Part shown: one piece after another, positions 20,090 through 31,699 of the stretch
Numbering within the stretch: position 1 is the stretch's first letter
Layout: each line of letters opens with the position of its first letter
Assembly (NCBI GenBank): GCA_002269645.1
Contig: NIVC01001298.1
Coordinates: 124,001-188,000 of the forward strand
From: Macrostomum lignano
Taxonomy: Eukaryota
Direction: 5' to 3'
Length of the DNA stretch: 64,000 nucleotides
Program-made: the position numbers and the translations under genes
The notes under the pieces: generated by a model
Database searches by the model: none
The model's input: the letters and a program-made list of their open reading frames with translations, nothing else
Told to the model about the DNA's origin: nothing

Positions 20090-22664
20090 GTTGGTGCTGT
20101 CCCGTCGGCCGCTTGCTGGATGGTCCTAGTTTGTGCCGGTGCCAATGGTACCCAGAGTAAAGCACCATGGCAGCTGCAGGTCTCGGTGGGATCAGAGCAG
20201 CAGCAAACTAGCTGCCTGTAGATGATCCCTGCCTGCGTCCGGCTCACGTGGTGCGTGTAGCGAATACCTTTCATGTCGAGCAGATTGGCAGCGCTGATGT
20301 ATTCCATCCATGTGTCGATTTCCGCCGATGTCACTGTGAACAGTTTGGTCTTCAGTTGTTTCTCCGCATTGAGCACTCGCAGCATGTCGTCTAGTGAAGC
20401 AACATCAGTTCCTGCTGCTGCAGCTGCGTCGCATTGTCGCTTGATGTTGCCGCCCACTCCGTCCGCGGCACCTTTGCCATGTCCAGCCTCCGTGTAGATC
20501 CATTGCCAGTCGCTGATGTTTCGCCTGCGCATAAGCTCATCAAAGCCAAAGATATTCTTCTTGTTACGATATTGGCTGCTGGGCGAGTCCGAAATGATGC
20601 TGACTCGCCTGATGCCGGAAGCTGCGAAGTGGTCTAGGACAAGGCTAAGATGTGCTGCTATGGCACCAGCAACCTGGAGATTCAGATAAAGATGCATTCC
20701 GGTTAAAATATTGGAAGTTGGGTCTATTTCTACAAGTTTTCCCTAACACTTCTTTCAGACAAAAATGTCTTACTTTGCGGTTGTCATCAGACAGCGATGC
20801 GAAGGACTTTGCGATCACTTTGGGGTTGCCTGGTACCCTCCAGTAGGCGACGCCTTGGTGGATGGTCACCTCACTGTGGCCACCAAAGTGTGCAGCTGTA
20901 ACTTCAGTTCCGTACTTGAGTCTGTAGTTCTCGGAGAAGTCCACATGCAGGAGCAGGTGACCTGGCTTTAGAGACGCCTTCAGTTGTTCAATTGCTACAT
21001 ATTGATGACGAATTCGCATGTAGTGGCCAGCATAGTCAGAGAGGTCCTTGTCTAGCTTGGCGATGATCTCCTCCTTGGTGGCTGTTTTGTCGATCAGTTT
21101 CGTAGATTGGAACCTGGATTCCTGAACAATTTCCCAGGCCTTGTAGTGCACGGTTTCTAAAGCTGGTCCCTCTGGATTGATGGCAGTCTTGTTTTGGCAG
21201 CTTGTGCACTGTCTTTTAAAGCAAGCATGCTGTTCAGAGTTGGTACAGATGCTTGTTTTCAGCAGCTTATGCTTGTCCTTAGACCTGACAAGCTTGACCG
21301 CATGCATGGCAGCGAGGAGCAGCTACAAACAAAATAGTGCAAATCAATGTGCAAGTGCAATTTGGGCGTCGTGCAGTGTGCAGTGTGCAGTGTGCTATAG
21401 ACTTGTGAAATGGTGTTAGTTATTACAAACTACTAAAATTAGTAAAATTACACAGTATTAGTATTTTACATACATCAAGGTTGGTGCATTGCTTGCAAAG
21501 ACACTGGTCCCGGTCATCCAGCCGTGGCTTGACAATGTACCGCGGTTTCCACTTGTAGAAACTGCTTCTGCTCACTTTGCAATTCGGATGCTCCTTCTTG
21601 AACTTCTTGAAAAGGGCGTTCCGAGTGCGAAGGAGATACCTCTTCTGGTGATGGACTCCCTTGACGCAGATGGTCTCCTTCTTGGAAGCACTGGCGCGTG
21701 TGTTGTCATTTCGCTCGTAGAACTTGATGACCAGGGCTTCTTGTTGGCGCTCGACCCGATGCTTTTGTACCTTCTTCACAACCTTGTGGGTGCATTGGAA
21801 TTTCTTTAGGACCTTCTCTCGAATGTTGGCAGGTGCAGACTTGCAGATCTTGGACACGGTGAGTCGGACGGCAGTCAGCTTCTTGTTGGACACCAGGGCA
21901 TCGATGATGTGGTCGGTCGTTTCGACATCCTCAGCAGATGAAACCTGAAAACCTAAAATGGGGTAGGCGGATGATTTTTGTGCAGATTTAAGCTCCCTAA
22001 TCTTTTTGCGAAGCCTCTCTGATTCAGCTCCAGCAGCCACCATCCGGTTCGTGAGCTTTGCTCGCTCTCTCTGAGTTGCAGCGGCAGACTTCAGGTTGGA
22101 CTTGGTCACAACAGTACTGTCAGCAGTCTGGACGTCGGCCTCGGTCATCACAGTACTGTCAGTCTGGACGTCGGCCTCGGTTGTCACAGTACTGTCAGCA
22201 GTCTGGACGTCGGCCTCGGTTGTCACAGTACTGTCAGCAGTCTGGACGTCGGCCTCGGTCATCACAGTACTTTCAGTCTGGACGTTGGCCTCGGTTGTCA
22301 CAGTACTGTCAGCAGTCTGGACGTCGGCCTCGGTCATCACAGTACTGTCAGTCTGGACGTGGGTCTCAGTTGTCACAGTACTGTTAGCCTTTGAATCCAC
22401 AGTACCTGCGTCCTCAGCGGTGATGGTGGCTGCTGCTGAATCACGGAGTTCCTGCTTCTTCTTGGCTCTTGACTTGGCCATGGCCTTCCGCTTTTGCTCA
22501 CGACGAACACTCAGCTCTTCATCTGTTGCCGTGGCAAGCTGCTTCTGGTAGCGATTGCGGTCAGACTCACGTCGGCGCTCCTTGAAGGTGGGGTCCATGG
22601 CTTTCTGTTCCTGATATTGTTGAACAGAGCTGAGCTTCCTCTTGGAGCACTTGGTCTTCGTCAT
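19837..22664 (-). CDS. Three-exon 858-aa DDD transposase with N-terminal tandem repeats and C-terminal PHD finger (exons 22664-21474, 21322-20774, 20673-19837)
   Basis: Canonical GT-AG phase-0 introns join an uninterrupted frame; motifs LHVDFSENY, SDSPSSQYRNKKN, EAGHGKGAADGVGGNIKR; PHD CKAPDC...CDGCDDWFHLYC...YFCEDC. Confidence 0.85.
22090..22385 (-). repeat. Coding tandem repeat, 7 units of 36/39 bp (T/M-TEADVQT(A)DSTV)
   Basis: Visible in DNA and in translation of 21423-22664. Confidence 0.95.
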
Positions 22665-22994
22665 ATCTGAAACTGTGAATTAGCAAAAATTACAGTAGCA
22701 CATAGTACATAAACTATACTATGTACTACTGTAATTCTTGCTTTTTCTCAACACTTGTACAACATAGAATTGTGAGTAAACTTGAGTGCTTTACTTTTGC
22801 CATGTGCAAGGTGCAAAGTGCAAGGATTTACACTGCTAACAAATCCATTGGAACTTACAAAATTTTTAATAGTTAAATAATAAAATCATTTTGTTTTCAT
22901 TGTGCTATACCTCATCATGCACAATACAATTGTTGCTATAAATTTGCAAGACTCCAAACCAGAATGTTTTTGTCTGCTTCGAAAAATAGAAAAT

Positions 22995-23153
22995 TGAAGG
23001 TTCAAGTATTTCTCTTCTTGAGGTTTCCAGTGCTTTTAGTGATATATTGAAGGTTCAAGTATTTCTCTTCTTGAGGTTTCCAGTGCTTTTAGTGATATAT
23101 TGAAGGTTCAAGTATTTCTCTTCTTGAGGTTTCCAGTGCTTTTAGTGATATAT
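22995..23153 (+). repeat. 53-bp tandem repeat x3
   Basis: TGAAGGTTCAAGTATTTCTCTTCTTGAGGTTTCCAGTGCTTTTAGTGATATAT at 22995, 23048, 23101. Confidence 0.95.
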
Positions 23154-23568
23154 TTGTATGGACCAGTCACTAAAGCAGGGTTGGGGGTTGCTATTATATA
23201 GCATATATACTGTGCTTTCCACTCACCATTGTCTTTATCTTTTATATCTAGTTATGTAACAATTGTTGCCTTATTTTTAACCTGGGTTATTGATCTAATA
23301 AATGAAAAGAAGCTTTGTCAATTATCAGTCACATCTTTTGGGTATATTGCCAGTCTGCAAATAGTGTTTTAATAATTTAATCATTAATCAATTCAACATT
23401 GGTGAATAGAATTGGCCATGATCTGCAAGTGTATCAAGGGATTCAGTTAGCTGTCCTAAGATGCTAAACTAGTTTATAACAAAATGACAAATACCAAAAC
23501 TGCCTTACTAGTTGTTTGAAGTGTATTATACATAGAAATTATAAAAGTACACTTCTTCAACACCTTAT

Positions 23569-24260
23569 TTGGAAGCCGGGTAACACATTAGAATTCCCAT
23601 AAGGATTGGAAAATCGCGTTTTTCTTAGCTTCTACAACACCTATTGAGAAAATTTTTTTCCTGCATACACGCCACGATGATACACATTTAAGTGAAGTTT
23701 CACGATACCTGGTTGCTTAATAAGCTTACAGTAAGCGCTTACTTTGGAAGCCGGGTAACACATTAGAATTCCCATAAGGATTGGAAAATCGCGTTTTTCT
23801 TAGCTTCTACAATACCCTATCAAGAAAATTCTTTTTTTCCTGCATACACGCCACGATGATACACATTTAAGTGAAGTTTCACGATACCTGGTTGCTTAAT
23901 AAGCTTACAGTAAGCGCTTACTTTGGAAGCCGGGTAACACATTAGAATTCCCATAAGGATTGGAAAATCGCGTTTTTCTCAGCTTCTACAATACCTATCA
24001 AGAAAATTCTTTTTTTCCTGCATACACGCCACGATGATACACATTTAAGTGAAGTTTCACGATACCTGGTTGCTTAATAAGCTTACAGTAAGCGCTTACT
24101 TTGGAAGCCGGGTAACACATTAGAATTCCCATAAGGATTGGAAAATCGCGTTTTTCTCAGCTTCTACAACACCTATTGAGAAAATTCTTTTTTTCCTGCA
24201 TGTATGCTGCGATGATGCATATTTAAGTGTAAGTTTATGATATTTCATTGCTTACTTTGT
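23569..24260 (+). repeat. ~178-bp tandem repeat, ~4 copies, inside the Sola-like element
   Basis: TTGGAAGCCGGGTAACAC... starts at 23569, 23744, 23923, 24101. Confidence 0.95.
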
Positions 24261-24981
24261 CTACAGGATGCATTTGATTTGATTTCCGGATTTAAATTTT
24301 GTGGTCCAAAATTTTTCACTGAAATTTTTAAAGCCTGAATATGGCCTATTATGAACAATACCATGATACAAGTCAATACTTAAATCAAAGAAGACATCTT
24401 AAAGATTATTTTGCAACAAGAAATAAGTGGTATACTTACTTCGGGAGAAAAAGGTTTGCTAGCAAAGTTTGCGCTTTGAGTTAGTATCGAGTTTTTGAGA
24501 GTTTAGGTGGTTTTAGAAAAAGTTCAAAATCTTTTGAACTGCTTGTTCTTTTTAAAAAAATAAAAAGTAAAACACAGAATTCTTTCTCCTTTGTAGGCAA
24601 AAGAAAAAAATAGCCTTTTTTGAGACTAAAAAGTCTTATAATTAATTGTTTATTTGCAAAAAAAGTGAAAAAAATAATCGTGAAGGTGTCAATATGCTTT
24701 TTAGTGGTTTTGCTCGTTTATTCAGCAATGCAGTGGTATAAAAATGAATTTTGTGTCCTGAACTTTTTTTTAAAGACTTACCTGTCCTTTAAAATGCTTT
24801 TTCGGATACATTACCTTCCATTCAAAGTCCACAGATTTGTTTTACCGCTTTATCCCACGTTTTTGGATTTCGCCATATGTATTAGTACACCAGTGCATAT
24901 ATTTAGTCTGATTAACAACAAGTTTTTTGCGGGTATAGACCCACTTTATTTTAAAAACACGGGTGATCCCAACAATGTAAG

Positions 24982-25781
24982 TGTCACGTTATTTGATGTT
25001 GGCCGTGACCCTTAAAAGGGCCGTTTTAGTCCCAAAATAAGTTGAAGTCAACTTAGGCGAAGTGGATGGTGTAGCGGAGCACTTGGCAATAAGGGCAGGA
25101 AACTGCCGTAGTCGTTTTTATTATCAATATAAATAGTAAGTTTGGTTGTTACTGGCAAATAACAAACTATTGCTTTCTGGGCACTGGCGGCTGCAACAAT
25201 GGTTTCTTTTAAGATAAATTGGATGTGAGTTCAAGCGAAGACGAGTGATGTAATGGCGACGTAACGGGATGATCAATGGCAATGAGTACAGTGAAGGCAG
25301 TGAGACGTAGTAGGCAGGCAGATGAGCAGTGGCGAGGTTGGCGTCAGCCGTGGCGTGAGGTAAGGAGGCTCGAGGCAGCCAGACAGAGAGAAGGAAAACA
25401 AGGCCGCAAAAACACACACAAGGCCAAGGATAGACGGAGAGAGAGCGAGAGAGAGAGAGGAGAGGAGAGTGCCCGCCGCCAGGCGGGGGGTTTAATAAAG
25501 GAGCGCAGAGGGGGGTAGCGTGAAGCACGAGTGGTTTTCATTGGCTGGCGAGAGAACTTAAAATTATCGATCGTGCCAATTTTATACGGTCGCGAGAGAG
25601 GATAGCAAAATATACAGTGAATAAGAAATTGCCACAAAATCGTTGGGCATTACTACAAGTAAACGTCGCAATAAACAAATGGAAAAGTTTAGTTGAAACG
25701 GTGAAACTGAAGGGTTGAAACTATAGAGAAACAGCAGTCCAACGGCCCTTTTCGGGACCACCTCAAACTGACAACGTCACA
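24982..25781 (-). mobile_element. Solo LTR (same family as 49923/53802)
   Basis: TGTCACG...CGTCACA termini, 5-bp TSD GTAAG on both sides, high similarity to 49923-50745; orientation taken from PBS/PPT of the family. Confidence 0.95.
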
Positions 25782-26429
25782 GTAAGCCAGTTTATTTTAA
25801 CCAATTGTACATTTTAACAAATTAATTTCAACAACAAATGTATACTTTGGCCATTTAAATCTAATACCACTATACTTGTAAACTTGTAATTGTTATTATG
25901 CTGTCCTGTCATCCTTTTGACTGTTGCCTCTTTAACTGTTGCCCTTTTGACTGTTGCCCTTTTGATCTGTCGCCTTTCTGATCAGTTCCCTTTTGAATTT
26001 TATTATTCAATTTACTTACCAAGATTAAAAAACAATTTTTTATTTAATATTGTAACGATCTACCCTTTGCTTCGGTCCTAACGATTTGCCTGAAAATGAA
26101 CCTAAAACGTGCCGTTACTTGGTAGGGTTGCTGCCACCTTGGTGTGCGGACTCGACTTGTCGGCAGAGTTGTCTATCCGTCACCTGAAAGAAAATTAACA
26201 AAGTCGCTCAGAGCAAAGGCAAATCTGAAAAATGTCTCGACAGTCGATCGTCTTAGTTGAATGCTGCTCGAACCTGTAACCTGTAAAACCTGAAATGAGA
26301 GAGGAGAGCTCGGAGGCAGAGGCTTCACGAGTTAGCCACAGTGCTCCGCGAGACGACGCAGTCTACGAACACAGTCTGGAGAAAATTGGCTCGCAGATGC
26401 TCCGTATGTATAGACGAGCGGACCCCCAA

Positions 26430-26770
26430 AAGTCACGTGAGTTTCATGCGGTGAGCGCGTGAAACTTCCTTATTTGGGCATTGGAATCATGCGAACGACG
26501 CGTGATCCAAGGCCAACTTCCAAATAAGGCAAGCCTGTCACGCAGCAGTGGCGTGACTCAATGTCAGTGGCCACGCACAGTGTGCGTGCACAGTCACGTG
26601 CTTAGTCTGTGCTAAAAATAGAACCGTGGGCGGATGAGTCATCCTGTTTACTCCCTCTAGACAGCCCTTACACTCCGCGCAGGTGATGAGTCATCCTGCT
26701 ACGCCTCCTCAGCGCGAGTGGGAAGACATTGAGTGTGGCTGCCCGCGCCCGCTCAGGCGATGAGTCATCG
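26430..26770. promoter_or_regulatory. Candidate enhancer/promoter: CArG, AP-1 and E-box cluster
   Basis: CCTTATTTGG 26468, CCAAATAAGG 26520, TGACTCA 26554, GATGAGTCATC x3 (cores 26635, 26687, 26761), CACGTG 26434 and 26595, GGGCGG ~26628. Confidence 0.55.
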
Positions 26771-27758
26771 GGCAGTAAACACTTAGGCCCAGCACAGGGT
26801 AACTCTCTCTCTAGCTCAGGTGGACTGAGATACTGTGCAGCGGATCACAGCACTCTTAAGGGAAGCTAGTGAATGCTGCTGAATAGCCAGATAGCAGCCA
26901 GTCACTACACTCTCCCCGTCCAAATTAAATTGCAGCAGCGGAACGATGATACAATTTTATTTGAAAAACAAAACGGCTCTAACAAGGCCACTGGATAATG
27001 AGTATTTATTACAAATAAAGCTGACCGTAAAATGAAGCGCCTACAAAGAGATGGTGTACTTGAGTAAGGCAGCGTTGAATTATACCTACTAATGATTGAT
27101 TGCTTATTTTGAAAAGTTAAAGGGAGCAAAATGCGTATTAAAGATGATTATTTTGCATAAAGATTATTTTGATTATTTTTGAAGTGATGAAAAAAAGATT
27201 ATTTTGATTATTTTTGAAGTGATGAAAAATTTTGAAATAGATTGAAAAGTGTTGATGTTGTTGATTGCAATTAATTCGTAAATGTAAAAGTGTTACTATT
27301 GTCAAAAATTTGATGCTGTTAATAACGCAAAATTTGCCAAAAGGGCTCGGCACATCGGCTCGGCTATAAAACACTCTTGACTCCTAATTCTTCAAGAGCA
27401 TCCTAGCTCCTTGCTCCTAGTCAGTTTTTCTGTTCAATAAACACTAAGAGTCCTAGCTAGGAGTAAGGAGACACTTAATCAGCCAAGGAGTCTCCTAAAT
27501 GAACTTAGGAATGTTAATTAAAGTATTCAATAAGTGTTCATAAAGTGTTCAATAAAGTGTTCATAAGTGTTCAAGTGTTCAATAAAGTGTTCAATAAACC
27601 TAGGAGTTTTTGCAAGGAGTAAGGAGTGTTTTTAGAACAGCTAGGAGCCATTTCTAGGCGTGCACGTTCAATAAACAAGTAAGAAATTGTTCCGCCCTCC
27701 TTACTCCTAGTCAAGAGTTCAAGGGCCGAATTTGATGCACAGAGTTCCTAGGAGTATA

Positions 27759-28905
27759 ATGCTTTCTGACTCAGATTCTGACTTCGAACGCAAAGTTCGT
27801 CGACCCAGACGCTTCAAGGAACGAATAAACTTCTTTGAGGGCGATTTGGAAACGCGCAATCTCGCTTTAGGCTAACAGAGAAGCAGCTTTCTCATCTCAC
27901 TGAAAGAATTCGGCATCTTATTGAACATCCTTCTCGTCGGAACCATGCATTGACACCCGAGCAGCAAGTCAGGCTATCAGTTCGTTTCCTAGCTACTGGA
28001 GCGGACTACAAAGTAGTTGGTGATGCTCATGGCGTCTCAAAGAGTACTGTGTTTAATACAGTTCATCGATTTGGCACGGCGGTAAATGACACTATATACT
28101 TTGATGTCGTTCAATTTCCTACCGACTTTCAAGCAGTTGTTGAGGGATTTCAAGCCAGAGGTGAGTGTAAAATGATGTCTATAAATAGGAATACTTTAAA
28201 GTACGCTCATTGTAGTATTTTGTACGGCTATACGTGAGTCTTGATTTATTGTCGTTCTATTCAGTTGTCTGTAACAAAAACTTGACAGCCAACTTCCCGT
28301 GCGTGATCGGCTGTGTGGACGGAACGCACATTGAGATTTTTCGACCAGCGATAAATTAAGAGCAATATGTCAACCGCCATGGTCGCCATTCCATCAACGC
28401 CATGCTTGTCTGTGGCCCTGATTACAAAATCTACTTCGCGACTTCTAGATGGCCGGGTGCGGTAAGCGATGCCAAAGTTTTTCGCAATTCGCACGTCGCC
28501 CAGCGTCTAAGAAGCGGATGGCGTCCTGTTCCTGGCGGCCTTCTTTTGGCAGACTCCGGCTACTGGAACGACGACTACCTCATTACACCGCTGTTGAATC
28601 CACAAAGTGATCAGGAGCGCCGTTTCAATGAGGCCCACAAGGCCACAAGAAGCATCGTAGAATGCACTATCGGCATTCTTAAGCAGCGATTGCGTTGTCT
28701 ACTGCGTCCACTGCAGGTTCAACCAATTTTCGCTGCAAATATTTTTCGGTGCTGTGTCGTGCTGCACAACCTGGCGCTTCAAAATAGGCAGCCGTACCTC
28801 GAACTCGAAGCTCCTGCACAACTGCTGGACACAATGGACGACGACCAGGATGGCATTGTGGTTGACAACAATAACCGACGAAACCAAATCGTGCAACTTT
28901 TCTAG
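27759..28905 (+). pseudogene. Harbinger (HARBI1-like, DDE_Tnp_4) transposase, intron 28161-28288
   Basis: FRLT..., QVRLSVRFLATG, ANFPCVIGCVDGTHI, YVNRHGRHSIN, WPGAVSDA, LLADSGY, RSIVECTIGILKQR; one early frameshift and one TAA in exon 2. Confidence 0.92.
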
Positions 28906-29375
28906 ACGTGTTTGCTGTTTTAGATGTAGAACATTTTCTTATACGAGCGTACTTCAAACTTCAACGATGAAAACTAAATTCCTCTAAATTAGACAAATTT
29001 AGTTCGTTTGACATTAGACAAGCATGCAACAAAGCCTTTCTACAGAAGCATATTCGAATGTATTCATCCCTGAAATATATTTTTGAGCACCAACAAACCT
29101 ATTCCATCTTCATTGACTGCTTGGCCGATGGGCAGGCTAACTCACAGGATAAGGCTATAATTGATTCCATAAACAATTGAAACAATACCATGTATTTACT
29201 CGGTAAAGAGAAAAAAGTATGCAAGGAACACCAGCTAAACGTAAATGTTAAACATGCGTTTGTAGGATGAGATGCGCTTGTATCCTTCGACACACACAGT
29301 ACATATCAAACTGTTCTCAGCAATGCCTGTTTAGATTTTCATTCTGTTTCATTTCATAGTAGACTAAAAAGTCTA

Positions 29376-31319
29376 CTACTTCGATTGCATGTTCCAACTG
29401 TCATATGCAAACAAACTGGCTGCTAGCTGTTCGGGGTCATCGTTGGGAGTCGGCAATTGCACTGCAGATTGCAATTTTCTTCTCAGTTTTTCGTTTTTCA
29501 GCTCCAAGTTCTGGCAGCGCAGCTCCGCTTCACGAATGTCCAAGCGCAGTCTTGTAACTTTTAGCTGGCGAAACTCCTCGTCGTAGTCATCTCGGGAAGT
29601 CTGCTGTCGCTTACAACCAATCCGAGATGTACTCGTAACTGTCTTCGCAGTTGGTCGCTCGGAAATTTCACTTTGCGACGCATTAGCAGTCATTTCCGTT
29701 GAGACGGCCTTACCGCTGAGCTGTTGCTTCTGCCTAGTCTGTTCCTCGACACTCTCCGGCACATCCAGACCTTCAACGGTTGGCGAATCGCGGCCAATAG
29801 TGTCTAGTACAACGGCTTCCAACTCCGTCCACTTGGCTGCTGATGTACCCTCGGCGCCAGTTTGTTGGAATATGTCCCTTTTTGCCTATGTTACAGGGGT
29901 CTTGGGGGAGGGAAGTTATCCTATTGCTGACACCAAATTTGTCAGGGTGCCTTTTGTCTGCGTTCCTATCACAACGCTGCTACCAATTTGTTGTAGGGGT
30001 CGGGGAGTATTAACTTTGTTTTATCAAATTATTGCAGGGAATTTCGAGGGTCTCTTGGGATTTTAAAGAAAACACAATTTCTACTTCTGATAGGAGTAAG
30101 CTCTAGGTTGCTCCTGGCGGCGTGAGTGTGTCCGAGCGGCAAGACACAGTTTCTATTCAGTCCGGGGGATATGGATGGGGGAGGTAAGGGCTTCGCGGTG
30201 GATTAGAGTTGCCTGGCGCGCTAGTGGGGAATTCTAATGATTAATAGGGAATGCTGGCGGGGAGGGCAGGTTGCTTCATTGGGAATTACGTAGCGAAATC
30301 AAGAGTCTAATATTAAGGGGCAATTAGTCTGGGCGGGCTTGGCAATCACTATGTCTGGGGAAGCGCGGGAAGGGCTTCTTGGGACTATTGTACGTCCGGA
30401 AAGAAGGGGGGGGGTTTGCGTGGGCTTGGATCGCTCTGGGGAGCGTTCGAGGGAAAGGGAATGGCTGTACGTTTCTGAGCAAGCCTGAGGGGAAAGGGAA
30501 GGCTGAACGCCTAAATGAGGAACAGTGAGTCAAGCTATTTTTAGAACAAACTGTTCATACTCCAGACTTAGCACGGAGGCAGACAAGGTTAGTTTTCTCT
30601 TGCTGTATATTTCGAGTATATATAGTATTTTCACTAAATATGGCGGACAATTTTTAACAAATGTTACAAAAGAATTATTTAGCAACAGATTTACAGTATA
30701 AAACTAACCATTTACTCACGTATATTTACTTCTAATAAGGCTACGAGTAAGAGTGATAAAGATAGTGAATTTGCGTTAAAAACGTAAAACTAATGTATTG
30801 AGGCCACTAGACTATTAGTAAGGCATACAAAAAATAAGCATACAAGTATTAATGAGTACATATAATAATGAGCCTGCCTCACCTAGAAATGAAAAACAGT
30901 ATTAGTATTTAATTATTCTGAACCACCGTGACGAGTAGGTATGAGGCATGGAGAGCCACGCCAATATTTCCTCCATAGTCTGCGCTTCTAAGTTATTTAA
31001 TTAAATCTACAGTTATGGCTTTAGATAGTGCGTAACTAATTTTCATAACAATTTATATTCGTCAACAATAAGCATTGTGTACTAACAGATTCACCAAGAC
31101 ATTGCTCTTCAGATTTCCCCACACCTTGTCTCGGACATACTTCCAGTCCTTCTTCGGAGGCGTCGGATCAAAGCCGTGTTGCTGTCGGCATGCTTCAATC
31201 GCAGCCTTCCATGCCTCAATTTTCACTTGTTTCGTTAATATGCTTGAAAACGAACCAAACAAGACGTCTTTGCGCGCGAAGACTTCCCTAACAAATAAAA
31301 CTTTCTGTGATGGCTGCAT
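29376..31319 (-). CDS. Harbinger Myb/SANT-like DNA-binding protein (exons ~31319-31095 and 29884-29376)
   Basis: KIEAWKAAIEAC...KVWGNLKSNVL|AKRDIFQQTGAEGTSAAKWTELEAVVLD... followed by a coiled coil; GT donor at 31094; acceptor duplicated by an LTR insertion. Confidence 0.75.
29889..30881 (-). mobile_element. Solo LTR related to the Gypsy at 6378-15875
   Basis: First ~50 nt identical to the Gypsy LTR start; 993 bp; TG...CA; 4-bp TSD CCTA (29885-88, 30882-85). Confidence 0.85.
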
Positions 31320-31699
31320 TGATGGCTAACTACACTGAAGAGCTACTCCTTCGGAGAACTCCTTAAGGTGTGCATTTTTTAGGAGTGTTGTATAGCACAC
31401 TCACACCTAGCACTCCTAGAAAAATTACGTAAAATTCCATTCTCCTTGGACTCCACTCCTAGCTTGCACTCCTAACGCAACTCCTAAATGAACTCTTTGC
31501 TCCTTGTGTTTATTGAACGCAATTCACGATTACTCCTTGACTTAGGACACTCCTCACTCCTTACTCCTTGTTTTATAGCACAGGCCCCTGGTATCCGCTG
31601 TTTGGCAATGCTTTGTCCCTTGATTTATCAGCTATTTCTAGATCAGACTTTGGGTCTTTGCCAATGTTTTGGTTTAGGTAACGCTTGGGGGAGGGGATG

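Larger units (their letters stand above)
17740..24874 (-). mobile_element. Sola-like DNA transposon, 7135 bp
   Basis: Perfect 22-bp TIR GGCGAAATCCAAAAACGTGGGA (17740-17761 / 24853-24874) flanked by ATAT on both sides (AWWT-type 4-bp TSD); encloses a transposase gene. Superfamily named from recalled motifs; subgroup uncertain. Confidence 0.8.
27360..31587. mobile_element. PIF/Harbinger transposon (convergent transposase and Myb/SANT genes); left terminus degraded
   Basis: Two-gene layout; GCTATAAAACA / TGTTTTATAGC terminal inverted motif; many ACTCCT/AGGAGT subterminal repeats at both ends. Confidence 0.85.

Noticed and set aside
22995-24260. CRISPR-like repeat arrays (also 52421-52720, 53425-53795)
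   Set aside because: Head-to-tail repeats with no unique spacers, no cas genes, eukaryotic context
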